Counted from the stretch's first letter, positions 1-9,914 are shown. The stretch is DNA of 32,004 nt from Candidatus Margulisiibacteriota bacterium (GCA_030018645.1 JASEHX010000002.1:6272-38275); one strand, 5' to 3'. The notes: generated by a model from the sequence alone, not told the origin. Translations and numbers: made by a program.

Positions 1-15
1 ATTTGGGGTTGGTTT

Positions 16-3000
16 ATGGGAAGAATTGTGAAAAAAAATAGTTATTTGCTCATTATTTTTGTTGTTGGATTGTTGTTGCCCTCTTATTTTACCGATATTT
101 CCTTTGCTGATGAATCCTACTCAACCTGGCTCAAGTCATATTTAAAAGGACAGGCCGATCAAGCCGCCGCTAATGTTAAAACCGTCCAGCCAATTTATAC
201 AATGGTTGGGGTCTGGATAGAGAAACCAGCGGGGGCATCACTTGAATCCGGCGAAGAAGTTAGATATGAGGCCTCGGACATGTTGGTTGCGGAAGAATAC
301 CGCAAAAAATACGTTAATCTTTGGGGGAGGAAGACCGCTTACAATTTTGAAGGGTCGGGTTGGACCGGTCAATCGGTTGAAGAATTTACTTATAATTACC
401 CCGAAGGCAGTCCTAATTATGGGGCCAGCTGCACTGCCGTATCTGACAAAAAGTGGGAAACGGTCCTGACTTTTCAACCAATTGATAAGAATACCCAATT
501 TAAGATTACCAAGAAAAACGATGAAGTAGCAAAACATAAGGAGCAAGGGAATGTCCTTTATGAAATCCACAAAAGTGACAGCGGTTCGATCCTTCTTCCC
601 AGTGAATTTAAATTAGGTGAGCCGGCCGTGGTTCGTTTTGAATCCGACCTTAATTCTAACCTGTATAGTTTTGGCCTGCGCGAATGGTTGAGCTGGGGCG
701 TGCACGCTGACGGCGACGCCGACAAAAATTACTATAATCTTCCGGAGCTGCGTCCCAATATCCAACGGATCTATAGTTTTTTATTTGATCCCCAAACCAT
801 AATTGACAAAGAAGGCAAGGCAAAATTGTATTACATACCAATCTTGACCGAAGGATCGACCAGCGAATGGGACAACGATGATATCAGTTCATTTACTTAT
901 CAATCCACTTTTGAACATCAGCCGTACTATGATTTGAAAAACCCAAAAGAGGAATATAATGCCTGCCTCTCCATCCCTTCGCCATCATCCTATCCAATTG
1001 TATTTGTGCAATATTCCCTGGGGAATCGCTCGCGTTTATGGAAGTGCACCCCGCTTGAACTGCCTGCCATAGAAGTTAGCGGCGATGGGGCCGGCGAAGT
1101 TTCTGCGCTCAAAGGCGAGCATGCCCGCTTGATTGACGAACTAAAAACTATTTTGCAAAAAGAACCGCCTGCCCCCAAAAAAGATGGTTCTTCCGAAGCT
1201 ATAGCGGCACAGCTGGCTGAATCCCGGAAAAAATTCGATGAGGAAATAATCAATAAAGACCAGGAAATTCGCAGCGTTGAGAAGAAATATTTTGACGCTT
1301 TATCAACCTGTTATGGGTCGGCGAATGAAGCTGGTTTAGCCGCCTTGCGCGAAGCCCTGCGCACGGAAGCTGTTTGCCTTAGCAAAGCCCGCACTGAAGC
1401 TATCGATGAAATGCGCGAGCAAAGTTTCCGCTTTATACCAAATTCTGCCTACTTCCGCTGCCGCCGCTATTACGAGGCCTATTTTAAAGACCTAAAACAA
1501 ATCCTCAATATTTGGAGCAATGTCAACCGGATGGAAATATTGCGGCTCGATATGCTAATTTCTGAACTCCTTAAAGGCCGCGCCGCACATGAGCCAGATT
1601 GCAGCGATATGGAATTGCTTTCTCTTCAAAACCAATTGAAGAATGTTTATGTTGACGAGGCCGTTATCCATTCAGCGCGTGAACAATGCATGGCAGAAGA
1701 CACGTTGGACGGCCGCGACAGTTACGGAGCAGCTTTGGCGGAAGCCCGCAAACAAAACCTGAAACAACCATGGCATAACGATTTCATAAAAAGACAGAGC
1801 CAGCGGGCAATTTACGGCACACAATATCTCATGGGAACCTTTGGGACTTTGTGGACCGTAGTGATTGACAGTATCAACCGTATCCGCAGCGCTCCTGCCA
1901 AGCTCTTAGGCGCCACTTCGTTTATCAGCGACATGCACTCTTCCACCGACAAATCAATCAATGACGTGCGCACCAAAATCGCCAATCGGTTGGCGGTTAT
2001 TGACGCGCTTTACTCGATGGGACCCGATGGATGCAAGTGGATGGGGGCTTTTGCACGGGGAGATGATTTGCTCCCCCCCGAAGGCATTAACGGTAAAATT
2101 GCGAGTGATATGGAAAACGACCGCACCTTTCACGAAGCCAGCGGCGGCGGCCTCATGCGCCTGGCCGCCTGTTATGAAATGGAAAAAGCGCCGCGGTTGG
2201 AATGGGAATACCGTATTGAGCTAAAACACGGCAAGCTATGCTGGGCCGACATGCGTAAAACATTGTATTTGCGCGAAGTCCGTAAGGAAAGCGGCGAAGA
2301 TCCTCTGCTGCGGCGGATGGTTGATCCTATGGGAGCAGTTAAAACCTCTGCCGCACACTACATTGGGAAGCAATACGACGGCGCCGAAGATTATTTGAGC
2401 GAGCGCAAAGGACAATTAATGGAAATGGAAGGACTGCTCCCATTGTTTAAAAAAATTAATTTCGATTTAGATATCGGCATTACTAAATATCCAACCATCA
2501 ACCAAACCCACGCCGCGCTTTGCCAGAATAATCCTGACTACATGAAATTCATGCAATCCTACCGTATGCTTTGGTCGCGCGAGCGCGAAATTGAGCTTTT
2601 TGCCGCCATGTCCACTGCCGAGACCAGTTCCGAGCGCGAAGAATACGAATTTAAACTCGATTTATTGAAGAATATTACCCAGCGCGAAGCCATTCCGGAT
2701 TTTATCCGCATTTTAAAACAACAGCTTTCTGATAAAATCGCGGCATCCGACTTTGACGGTGCTCTCATCCTTGCCCGGCAGATTGAAGATGTAGCGACCG
2801 TGGAAGCAAAAGGATTAACTAAATGGCTTTCCCAAGATTTTGCCTGGGAACAAGCCAAGGAAGTAGGCATCAACACGGCTGTATCAATTGGGAATCAGGG
2901 CTTATACGCGGCCTTTTTTGCCCGCTACCTTAGTCCGGCGGCAGTGCGCAACCAACCGGTTAGCTTTTCAAATATCAAAAAAGTTTTCTCAACCTGGAAG

Positions 3001-4998
3001 GGCTTTGGCGGGATGCTGGAGTTCACCTGGGGACAGGTTAATCCGTTTGCCAACTTGATGAAAACCATGGAGCCTAAAGAAATGGCTGTTGCCCTGGCAA
3101 AAACTACTCTCACCGGATTAGAACAAGTCACGCAGGAGCAAATTAAACAAAGCATTTTTATCGGTTATTTCGGGTTGGACGAAAAATACGCCGATTTTCT
3201 GGCGAATGTAGTAATTAATTTTGAGCAGATGCAAAGGGAGGATCCGACTTCTCTGACCAGTCGCACCGCGCGCAATCTCTTGCGCCAGCTTGATGCCTAC
3301 ACGCCCGATGTCATTAATCTTCCCGGCTGGCAAAGAATCATGAAAAGCCGCGTCAGGATGCGCGAATATTGGATGACTATGGATGCTTTGGCGCAACTGG
3401 AAAAGATAAAACTGCAAATGCAAGACGCGCGTAAAAGCAAAAAAGTGGACCTGCCAAAATTATCCGCGCTGGGCAGCAAATTTGGCAAAATCATGCTGAA
3501 GATCCGTTTAGCTATCAGTCCGCTGAACGCGGAAACAATCCGCTTAACCATGGATGATTATCAGCAAAAATTATCGGCGGCCAAAACTCCGATTGAAAGG
3601 GTTGCTGCTCACTCCGAACTGTTCCGGACCATGCCCTTTGCGGCATTGGTCAGCGCTAAAAAAGCAGGCAATTTGCCTAAAGATATGGAAGCGAAAATTG
3701 ACCTGGCCCGCCGAGACGTGCTAAGCACCATCCAAACCGAATTTCTCAAGGCCTATCCAGGAATGGCGCCTTATATTGAACGCTACATCTATACTGGATC
3801 GGGAGCGCGGGATACTTGGCCGGAATACAAGAAGATCAGCAGTGATCTTGATTTTACCCTTGTCCTGCGGGCAGGTGTGGACATAAAAATTAAAAATAAT
3901 ATTAAACAGGCCTTTGATGCTTTCTTTGAAAAAACCGCTAAGTTCCCGCCCGAAGAATTTGATGTGCATTCTTTTGTGGATGAGCGGCCTAACCTTGCCT
4001 GCCGCGGTGAAACTGCCGACCAATTAATTGCCCTGGTAAAAGACCCGTCCCAAGCGGGAAAATTATCGGCCGAAACACAGAGAAACATCGAAACCCTGCT
4101 GGCTGATTTGGGCGATCCTGAACGCTACTTGTCTACCGGGGCTGTGCGCTTTTTAAATTATTTAAACAAACTGGGCGGTCGGGTAAAAAAACCAGTTGGA
4201 GGAAAACTTGAAAATGATGATACTTATCAGGCCGAATTGTATAAGGATGTAAAATTTGAACCCTGGATGGGACTTGAGATAGTGCTGGACAACCTCAAGT
4301 TAATTGAGGCTCATGCGCCTAAAGACCGGCTGGAATATGCTGGTTCGGTCTCAAAGTACGCCCTGCGTATTCTTTTAGCCCGCATTATCCAATCTGATGC
4401 AGGGCTGGAAATGATCAATAAACTCGATATTGCTGAAATTGAAAAGAATTTGGAAACTACGGGCGGGATCCACGGCGAGTTTGTACGGATTGCCGAATCA
4501 TTGGGAGGGAAATTCAGCGATTCACAGCTAATGCTCTTTAGAGAATTAAACCTCAAAAAACAAGGCAAAAGCTGGGGAGAAGTATTAGCTGAACGCAACG
4601 GCGGAAAAATCATGGATAACGATGATCCGGCCCTAAATGCTGCCATTGAAAAACATGCGGCCGAAGTAGAGACCTTTATGCAGGAGTCGATCCGCGAAAC
4701 GGCGGTAACCCACGCAACCGAAATGAAAAAAATATCTGACGCGGTTCAGGAAACATCGGATCCATCTGCCCAAAAGGCCTTGCTTGATAAATACCGTGAA
4801 ATCCTGTATTCAACTGCAACCGTGTGGGATGCACTGCCTGAAAACCTGCGCAAAAATGTAATTGCCGCTTCGCCCGGCATGGATGAAGTTTATCGAGCAC
4901 TGGAAGATGTGCGGCAATTCTTCGAGCAAAAAAGAATTGACCTTATCCGCAATTATAATCCTTTCCAAAAATCGGGTGAGGTTCCCAAAGGAGATTAG
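16..4998 (+). CDS. Giant orphan envelope-targeted protein (1660 aa) with C-terminal nucleotidyltransferase-like region; no named family recognised
   Basis: Single uninterrupted 4983-nt ORF; no overlapping ORF is longer than about 120 aa. The N-terminus MGRIVKKNSYLLIIFVVGLLLPSYFTDISFA looks like a signal peptide (basic n-region, hydrophobic core, SFA site). aa ~35-350 are beta-rich and aa ~360-1240 mostly helical/coiled-coil-like. aa 1261-1323 carry a G-S...D-x-D...D motif. The frame is open back to base 1, so a start outside the window cannot be excluded. Confidence 0.7.
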   Translation: MGRIVKKNSYLLIIFVVGLLLPSYFTDISFADESYSTWLKSYLKGQADQAAANVKTVQPIYTMVGVWIEKPAGASLESGEEVRYEASDMLVAEEYRKKYVNLWGRKTAYNFEGSGWTGQSVEEFTYNYPEGSPNYGASCTAVSDKKWETVLTFQPIDKNTQFKITKKNDEVAKHKEQGNVLYEIHKSDSGSILLPSEFKLGEPAVVRFESDLNSNLYSFGLREWLSWGVHADGDADKNYYNLPELRPNIQRIYSFLFDPQTIIDKEGKAKLYYIPILTEGSTSEWDNDDISSFTYQSTFEHQPYYDLKNPKEEYNACLSIPSPSSYPIVFVQYSLGNRSRLWKCTPLELPAIEVSGDGAGEVSALKGEHARLIDELKTILQKEPPAPKKDGSSEAIAAQLAESRKKFDEEIINKDQEIRSVEKKYFDALSTCYGSANEAGLAALREALRTEAVCLSKARTEAIDEMREQSFRFIPNSAYFRCRRYYEAYFKDLKQILNIWSNVNRMEILRLDMLISELLKGRAAHEPDCSDMELLSLQNQLKNVYVDEAVIHSAREQCMAEDTLDGRDSYGAALAEARKQNLKQPWHNDFIKRQSQRAIYGTQYLMGTFGTLWTVVIDSINRIRSAPAKLLGATSFISDMHSSTDKSINDVRTKIANRLAVIDALYSMGPDGCKWMGAFARGDDLLPPEGINGKIASDMENDRTFHEASGGGLMRLAACYEMEKAPRLEWEYRIELKHGKLCWADMRKTLYLREVRKESGEDPLLRRMVDPMGAVKTSAAHYIGKQYDGAEDYLSERKGQLMEMEGLLPLFKKINFDLDIGITKYPTINQTHAALCQNNPDYMKFMQSYRMLWSREREIELFAAMSTAETSSEREEYEFKLDLLKNITQREAIPDFIRILKQQLSDKIAASDFDGALILARQIEDVATVEAKGLTKWLSQDFAWEQAKEVGINTAVSIGNQGLYAAFFARYLSPAAVRNQPVSFSNIKKVFSTWKGFGGMLEFTWGQVNPFANLMKTMEPKEMAVALAKTTLTGLEQVTQEQIKQSIFIGYFGLDEKYADFLANVVINFEQMQREDPTSLTSRTARNLLRQLDAYTPDVINLPGWQRIMKSRVRMREYWMTMDALAQLEKIKLQMQDARKSKKVDLPKLSALGSKFGKIMLKIRLAISPLNAETIRLTMDDYQQKLSAAKTPIERVAAHSELFRTMPFAALVSAKKAGNLPKDMEAKIDLARRDVLSTIQTEFLKAYPGMAPYIERYIYTGSGARDTWPEYKKISSDLDFTLVLRAGVDIKIKNNIKQAFDAFFEKTAKFPPEEFDVHSFVDERPNLACRGETADQLIALVKDPSQAGKLSAETQRNIETLLADLGDPERYLSTGAVRFLNYLNKLGGRVKKPVGGKLENDDTYQAELYKDVKFEPWMGLEIVLDNLKLIEAHAPKDRLEYAGSVSKYALRILLARIIQSDAGLEMINKLDIAEIEKNLETTGGIHGEFVRIAESLGGKFSDSQLMLFRELNLKKQGKSWGEVLAERNGGKIMDNDDPALNAAIEKHAAEVETFMQESIRETAVTHATEMKKISDAVQETSDPSAQKALLDKYREILYSTATVWDALPENLRKNVIAASPGMDEVYRALEDVRQFFEQKRIDLIRNYNPFQKSGEVPKGD

Positions 4999-5002
4999 AA
5001 TA

Positions 5003-5368
5003 ATGGCAAAAATTCTATTAGTTGAAGACCAGGCCAGCATGCGCTCTTTGTTTTCGCAGTTATTGCAGGCCAAGGGGCATACCGTGGTTTTAGCGGAGGA
5101 CGGCGAGGAAGCATGGGATATATGCACCACGGAAAAAGAAAACTTTGACTTGGTATTAACTGACGTCAATATGCCCCGCTTGGACGGTTATGAATTCCTA
5201 AAAAGGACGCGCCAGCATTTTCCCGGCGTAAAAGTAATTCTAATAACCGGCGCCAACGAAGAAGCAGCCGCAGTAATTTGCCAAGAATATAAAGCCGACG
5301 GGCTGATCACTAAACCCTTTGTAGTAGAAGAAGCAATTAGTTTAATTGAGAAAGTATTGCAGCCATGA
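5003..5368 (+). CDS. Stand-alone CheY-like response-regulator receiver (121 aa, no output domain)
   Basis: Start moved to ATG 5003 (AGGAG at 4989-4993); the 5' part of the track ORF overlaps the giant gene. Receiver signature: acidic pair in LLVEDQ, phospho-acceptor Asp in LVLTDVNMP, Thr in ILITG, Lys in ITKPF. Confidence 0.85.
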   Translation: MAKILLVEDQASMRSLFSQLLQAKGHTVVLAEDGEEAWDICTTEKENFDLVLTDVNMPRLDGYEFLKRTRQHFPGVKVILITGANEEAAAVICQEYKADGLITKPFVVEEAISLIEKVLQP

Positions 5369-5772
5369 AACGGAGCGTTCCCTTGCTTTCTCCCGGGAAA
5401 AATTTCGAAAATCTCCTGTCAATTGTGCGGCAACTGCGCCAAAAATGTCCCTGGGACCGGGAGCAAACTTTTGAAAGCTTAAAACCCTATTTAATTGAAG
5501 AAGTCCACGAAGCCATTGAGGCCATTAACCATAAGAATTATCCCCATTTAGCCGAAGAAGTCGGCGACATGCTGCTGCATATTGTCATGCTTGCGGTCTT
5601 GGCTGAAGAAGCCCAGGTTTTCAATATTAACGACGTGATTAACCACATTTCGGCCAAAATGGTGCGCCGCCATCCCCATGTCTTTGGGCAGGGAAAAGCC
5701 AAGACCAAGGAACAAGTGCTCAAAAATTGGCAAAGGATCAAACGGGCAGAGGCAAGAAAACGCGAAAAATGA
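5365..5772 (+). CDS. mazG: MazG-family nucleoside triphosphate pyrophosphohydrolase (single domain, 135 aa)
   Basis: Motifs CPWDREQT, EEVHEAIEAI, AEEVGDMLLHIVMLA and RHPHVFG are typical of the MazG/NTP-PPase all-alpha fold. ATGA start/stop overlap with the receiver gene. Confidence 0.8.
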   Translation: MKRSVPLLSPGKNFENLLSIVRQLRQKCPWDREQTFESLKPYLIEEVHEAIEAINHKNYPHLAEEVGDMLLHIVMLAVLAEEAQVFNINDVINHISAKMVRRHPHVFGQGKAKTKEQVLKNWQRIKRAEARKREK

Positions 5773-5789
5773 TATAATAACAACTAATT

Positions 5790-7637
5790 ATGACCTCTAC
5801 CCTGAAGCCGATCCCAAGCCCGCCCGAAAATAATGCGAATAAAGCCAACTGGAAGAATATTTTTATTTATTTGCTGATTCTCCTGGCGGCGGTCGGAATT
5901 ATAGCGCCGCTTTTCCCGATTGAGCCCCCGTCCAAAGAAATCACCTTTTCAGAATTCTTGGACAAACTTGACAAAGGGCAAGTGAAAGAAGTTACTATTG
6001 CCGGCGATGTTGTGCGCGGTGTATATACGGATAAAAAGCATTTTAATGCCCGGGCCTTAAATTATCCCAACCTGGTTTCTACCCTGCGGCAAAAAAATGT
6101 GGCGATCAAAGTTGACACGCCGGTTGAAGCCAGTTGGTTGTGGAACCTGGCCGCCCAGCTCGTTTTTCCGGTGGCCTTTTTTGGTTTCTTGTGGTGGATG
6201 ATGGTGCGCCAGGCGCAGGGCGTCAACCAGCAGGCCATGGCATTCGGGAAAACCGGCGCCCGGCCGCTGACCGGGAAGGTTAATGTCACTTTTCAAGACG
6301 TAGCGGGGGTAGATGAGGCCAAAGAAGAATTACACGAAATAGTTGACTTCCTAAAAACTCCTGAAAAATTCCAAGCCCTGGGCGCTAAAATTCCCAAGGG
6401 TTTGCTTTTAATGGGTGCGCCAGGGACGGGAAAAACATTGTTAGCCCGCGCCATTGCGGGGGAGGCAGGGGTTCCTTTCTTTTCCATGTCGGGCTCTGAT
6501 TTTGTGGAGATGTTTGTAGGGGTGGGGGCGGCTCGCGTTCGCTCCTTATTTGACCAAGCCAAAAAACAAGCCCCTTCCATCATATTCATGGACGAAATTG
6601 ATGCAGTGGGGCGGCAAAGGGGGGCGGGGTTGGGCGGAGGGCACGACGAAAGAGAACAAACTTTAAACCAGCTTTTGGTGGAAATGGATGGCTTTGATCC
6701 CAAGGCCAACGTTATTGTGGTGGCGGCCACTAACCGGCCTGATATCTTAGATCCGGCTCTTTTGCGTCCCGGGCGTTTCGACCGCCGAATAGTGCTGGAT
6801 AAACCTGATTTAAAGGGGCGGGAAGGGATTCTCAAGATCCATGCCCGCGGCAAACCTTTGGCGTCCGACGTTGATTTAAATATGGTGGCCCGGCGCACGC
6901 CCGGCTTTACCGGAGCAGACCTAGAAAATGTTTTAAACGAAGCGGCCATTTTAGCCGCGCGGGTGGACAAAAAACAAGTCAACATGGAAGAGGTGGAAGA
7001 ATCCATTGACCGCGTTTTAGCCGGTCCCGAAAAGAAAAGCCGGGTCATATCGGACAAAGAAAAATCAATTGTTGCCCATCATGAAGTGGGACATGCCGTT
7101 CTTTCCAAAGTCCTGCCCCATGCCGATCCGGTGCATAAAATTTCAATCCTGCCGCGTGGTTTAGCATTGGGCTATACTCTCCAGCTTCCCGAACAGGACA
7201 AGCATTTGGTCAGCCGGGGGGAAGCCCTTGACCAAATTACGGTCATGCTGGGCGGGCGAGTGGCCGAAGAGCTCATTTTTGGCGAGATAACTTCGGGAGC
7301 GCAAAATGATTTGGAGCGCGCCACCGAACTGGCCAAAAAAATGGTCTGCGAATTTGGCATGAGCGAAATGGGCTTGCGCACTTTCGGCCGCAAAGACCGG
7401 CAGATATTTTTAGGCCGCGATATTGCCGAGATGAAAGATTACAGCGAAGAAACCGCGGACAAAATTGACATCGCTATGAAAACTATTATTGACCAATGTT
7501 ATATTCGGGCCAAGGAAGTTTTGACCATGAACCGTGAAAAGCTGGATACGATTGCAAAAAGCTTGATGGAAAAAGAAAGCTTGGAAAACCACGATTTGGA
7601 AGAAGCTTTAACCGGCCTTATCAGTCCCAATGTCTAA
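5790..7637 (+). CDS. ftsH: ATP-dependent zinc metalloprotease FtsH
   Basis: N-terminal TM segments, Walker A GAPGTGKT, Walker [33 protein letters not shown], zinc site HEVGHA. Confidence 0.95.
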   Translation: MTSTLKPIPSPPENNANKANWKNIFIYLLILLAAVGIIAPLFPIEPPSKEITFSEFLDKLDKGQVKEVTIAGDVVRGVYTDKKHFNARALNYPNLVSTLRQKNVAIKVDTPVEASWLWNLAAQLVFPVAFFGFLWWMMVRQAQGVNQQAMAFGKTGARPLTGKVNVTFQDVAGVDEAKEELHEIVDFLKTPEKFQALGAKIPKGLLLMGAPGTGKTLLARAIAGEAGVPFFSMSGSDFVEMFVGVGAARVRSLFDQAKKQAPSIIFMDEIDAVGRQRGAGLGGGHDEREQTLNQLLVEMDGFDPKANVIVVAATNRPDILDPALLRPGRFDRRIVLDKPDLKGREGILKIHARGKPLASDVDLNMVARRTPGFTGADLENVLNEAAILAARVDKKQVNMEEVEESIDRVLAGPEKKSRVISDKEKSIVAHHEVGHAVLSKVLPHADPVHKISILPRGLALGYTLQLPEQDKHLVSRGEALDQITVMLGGRVAEELIFGEITSGAQNDLERATELAKKMVCEFGMSEMGLRTFGRKDRQIFLGRDIAEMKDYSEETADKIDIAMKTIIDQCYIRAKEVLTMNREKLDTIAKSLMEKESLENHDLEEALTGLISPNV

Positions 7638-8466
7638 ACTGGTTGAATGCGTTCCCAATTTTTCCGAAGGTGCGGATTTGGCGCTGGTGGATGAAATTGT
7701 CGCCGCGATCAAAACCGCCAAAGTCCTGAATGTCCACTCCGACCCCGACCATAACCGCTCGGTTGTAACTATTTTAGGTGAGCCCGATGCCGTAATGCTG
7801 GCGGCGTTTTCACTGACCGAGCGGGCGGTCCAGCTTTTAGATATTAATGAGCACGTTGGCGAACATCCTTTTATTGGAGTTATGGATGTTATCCCTTTTA
7901 TCCCGGTCAAAGAAATTTCTATCCCCGCAACAGTGGCCCTGGCAAAAGAATTGGCGGGTGAGCTTTGGAACAAATTGAAACTGCCGGTCTATTTTTACGG
8001 TGCGGCGGCGGTTAATCCCAATCGCAAAGAACTGCCCGCGGTTCGTCGCGGAAGCTATCCGCCGGATGTGGGGAGTGGTTTGCATCCCACGGCGGGGGCG
8101 GTGGCGGTAGGAGTAAGGGATTATCTGATTGCTTTTAATGTTAATCTAACTACCAATGATTTATCAATTGCCCAATCGATTGCCAAGAACATCCGCGAAA
8201 AGAGCGAGGGACTGCCGGGGGTGCGGGCGCTGGGAATTGACCTGAAAAGCCGCGGGATCACTCAAGTTTCGATCAATATCACCGACCACAAAACAACTTC
8301 GCTAAAACAAGTTTTTGATGAAGTAAAAAGATGGGCTAAAGAATATCAAGTAGGCATCATCGAATCCGAGCTGGTGGGGATGCTGCCGCAAGCGGCCGTT
8401 TTTCAAGGGATGAAAAATCTGTTAAAGTTAAGAAATTATTCAGATGAATATATATTATCAAACTAG
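7630..8466 (+). CDS. Glutamate formimidoyltransferase (FtcD N-terminal/transferase type)
   Basis: Hallmark N-terminus [14 protein letters not shown]; length (278 aa) fits stand-alone bacterial formimidoyltransferases. 8-nt overlap with the ftsH end. Confidence 0.8.
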   Translation: MSKLVECVPNFSEGADLALVDEIVAAIKTAKVLNVHSDPDHNRSVVTILGEPDAVMLAAFSLTERAVQLLDINEHVGEHPFIGVMDVIPFIPVKEISIPATVALAKELAGELWNKLKLPVYFYGAAAVNPNRKELPAVRRGSYPPDVGSGLHPTAGAVAVGVRDYLIAFNVNLTTNDLSIAQSIAKNIREKSEGLPGVRALGIDLKSRGITQVSINITDHKTTSLKQVFDEVKRWAKEYQVGIIESELVGMLPQAAVFQGMKNLLKLRNYSDEYILSN

Positions 8467-9797
8467 CTTCTTCGTCTGCTAGCGTGTTTTATTGCGTGTT
8501 CAAGCAAACACAGCTGATCTTCAGCCTGGGCTAATCCAACTGATAAGCGGATCATTCCACCGTCAATTCCCCAAAGTTCCTTTTCTGCTGGCGCTACGGT
8601 CGCATGGGTGCCAAGAAATGGCATTTCAATTAACGAACTTATTCCTCCCAAACTTACAGCATGTTTTATAACTCCCCCGCCATAGCGCGCAACGTAATTT
8701 ATGATTCTTTCGGCACGCGCTGCGCGGATAGCTTCTGTTTTTCCAGCCGGCGTAAAAGCAACCATGAATCCAGGGGCAAAAGTGTTATCCCACGAAGTAA
8801 GCAATCTTTGTGCAATTGAGAAATAAGAAGACGAAGCTAGCCCTGGGTAGTTAACTCTGCTGATATCAGGATTACCTGCAAGAGCAGCGGCAATAGTTTG
8901 GGCATTTCCAGTCATTCCACTAAAGCGATGATACAAGGTTGGCAAGCCCCGCGTAAGAAGAGTATGCACTTGTTCTGGCGCAGGAACTCCCCCAGTGTCC
9001 TTTCTAAACAAGAATAAACTTGGCCATTGGGCTTTAGGAACAATGGCAACCCCGGCCATTTCTTGGGTGAATCCGCCAAGGGCCTTGGTACAGGAATGGA
9101 CCACCATATCCGCACCATGGAGCAAAGGATTATCGCCAGCCGGGGTTTGGAAGGTATTATCAACTATGATCACAATATTTGGTTTTTTCTCTTTGGCCAA
9201 GCGAGAAATAGTTTCTAAATCGTAAACTCTAAGGTCAGGGTTGGTTACGGTTTCAAAATAGAGAACTTTGGTTTTGGGGTTCATTGCCCTAATGGCTTCT
9301 TCGGGATTGGATAAATCTAGGATATGGACATTATAGCCCCGTTTTTTTGCCAAGCCAGAGAAATAATTGTCAGTACAGCCATACAAAGGCTTTGAGGCAG
9401 CAACAATATCTCCTGGATCTAGCTGAAATTCAAGAACGGAATTAATGGCACGCATGCCGTCGCTAAATGCCAGCGCCCAATGTGTTGCTGGGGTAACCCC
9501 TTCTGCTATAACCATTGCCCAATTGAAGGCGACCTCAACTTCAGATCCAATTCTGCGATAGATATGACAAAGGCCGGCAACTTCATCCATGGTGGTTGGG
9601 TTAAATTCCAGGAGAGATTGAAATGCTCTGGCCATATCTTTAGCTGAAGCAGCTTTAACCGTGGTTGCAACTGGTATTGGCCAAACGGCATCAACATATC
9701 GTGCACCTTTGGGGATAGGCGGCGAAGCTAACATCGCCATAGCGGTACTGCGATGAACGTCATAAGGGGTCATCCTTCTTATAGTTGGTGTTAGCAT
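8463..9797 (-). CDS. Cys/Met-metabolism PLP-dependent enzyme family (gamma-lyase/sulfhydrylase-like, divergent)
   Basis: PLP-Lys context HSCTKALGG, AVSLGGISSLIEMP, C-terminal IRLSVGLAQAED. Start set to ATG 9797 (GGAG 8 nt upstream) rather than the 9884 ORF start. Confidence 0.75.
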   Translation of the reverse strand: MLTPTIRRMTPYDVHRSTAMAMLASPPIPKGARYVDAVWPIPVATTVKAASAKDMARAFQSLLEFNPTTMDEVAGLCHIYRRIGSEVEVAFNWAMVIAEGVTPATHWALAFSDGMRAINSVLEFQLDPGDIVAASKPLYGCTDNYFSGLAKKRGYNVHILDLSNPEEAIRAMNPKTKVLYFETVTNPDLRVYDLETISRLAKEKKPNIVIIVDNTFQTPAGDNPLLHGADMVVHSCTKALGGFTQEMAGVAIVPKAQWPSLFLFRKDTGGVPAPEQVHTLLTRGLPTLYHRFSGMTGNAQTIAAALAGNPDISRVNYPGLASSSYFSIAQRLLTSWDNTFAPGFMVAFTPAGKTEAIRAARAERIINYVARYGGGVIKHAVSLGGISSLIEMPFLGTHATVAPAEKELWGIDGGMIRLSVGLAQAEDQLCLLEHAIKHASRRRS

Positions 9798-9898
9798 GGT
9801 TCTTTTCTCCAGACATCTCACCTGGCTTCGCGAGCCTTTGTTTGCACTCAAGAATTCTTCGGCAGGGAGCGTAATAAATTTCACTCACTTTTATAAAT

Positions 9899-9908
9899 AT
9901 AGTATAAT
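9899..9908 (+). promoter_or_regulatory. -10 element (ATAGTATAAT) directly upstream of def; candidate leaderless transcript
   Basis: TATAAT at 9903-9908. The def ATG at 9915 is only 6 nt downstream and no Shine-Dalgarno lies between them. Confidence 0.35.
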
Positions 9909-9914
9909 CATGTT

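Noticed and set aside
4693-4713. HEPN-like R-x5-H (RETAVTH) in the tail of the giant protein, which would pair with the NTase motif as in MNT-HEPN modules
   Set aside because: In a 1660-aa protein several R-x4-6-H matches are expected by chance. There is no surrounding HEPN-like context I can recognise.
4862-5002. Longer 168-aa version of the receiver ORF
   Set aside because: The 47 extra N-terminal codons overlap the end of the giant gene and lack receiver homology. ATG 5003 has a good AGGAG and gives a canonical receiver N-terminus.
6293-7057. 254-aa antisense ORF inside ftsH
   Set aside because: It has S/R/P/A-rich low-complexity translation and lies opposite a gene with unmistakable FtsH motifs. 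This is a typical shadow ORF of a codon-biased gene.
9798-9884. N-terminal 29-codon extension of the PLP enzyme ORF
   Set aside because: The extension has no SD, while the internal ATG at 9797 has GGAG at proper spacing.
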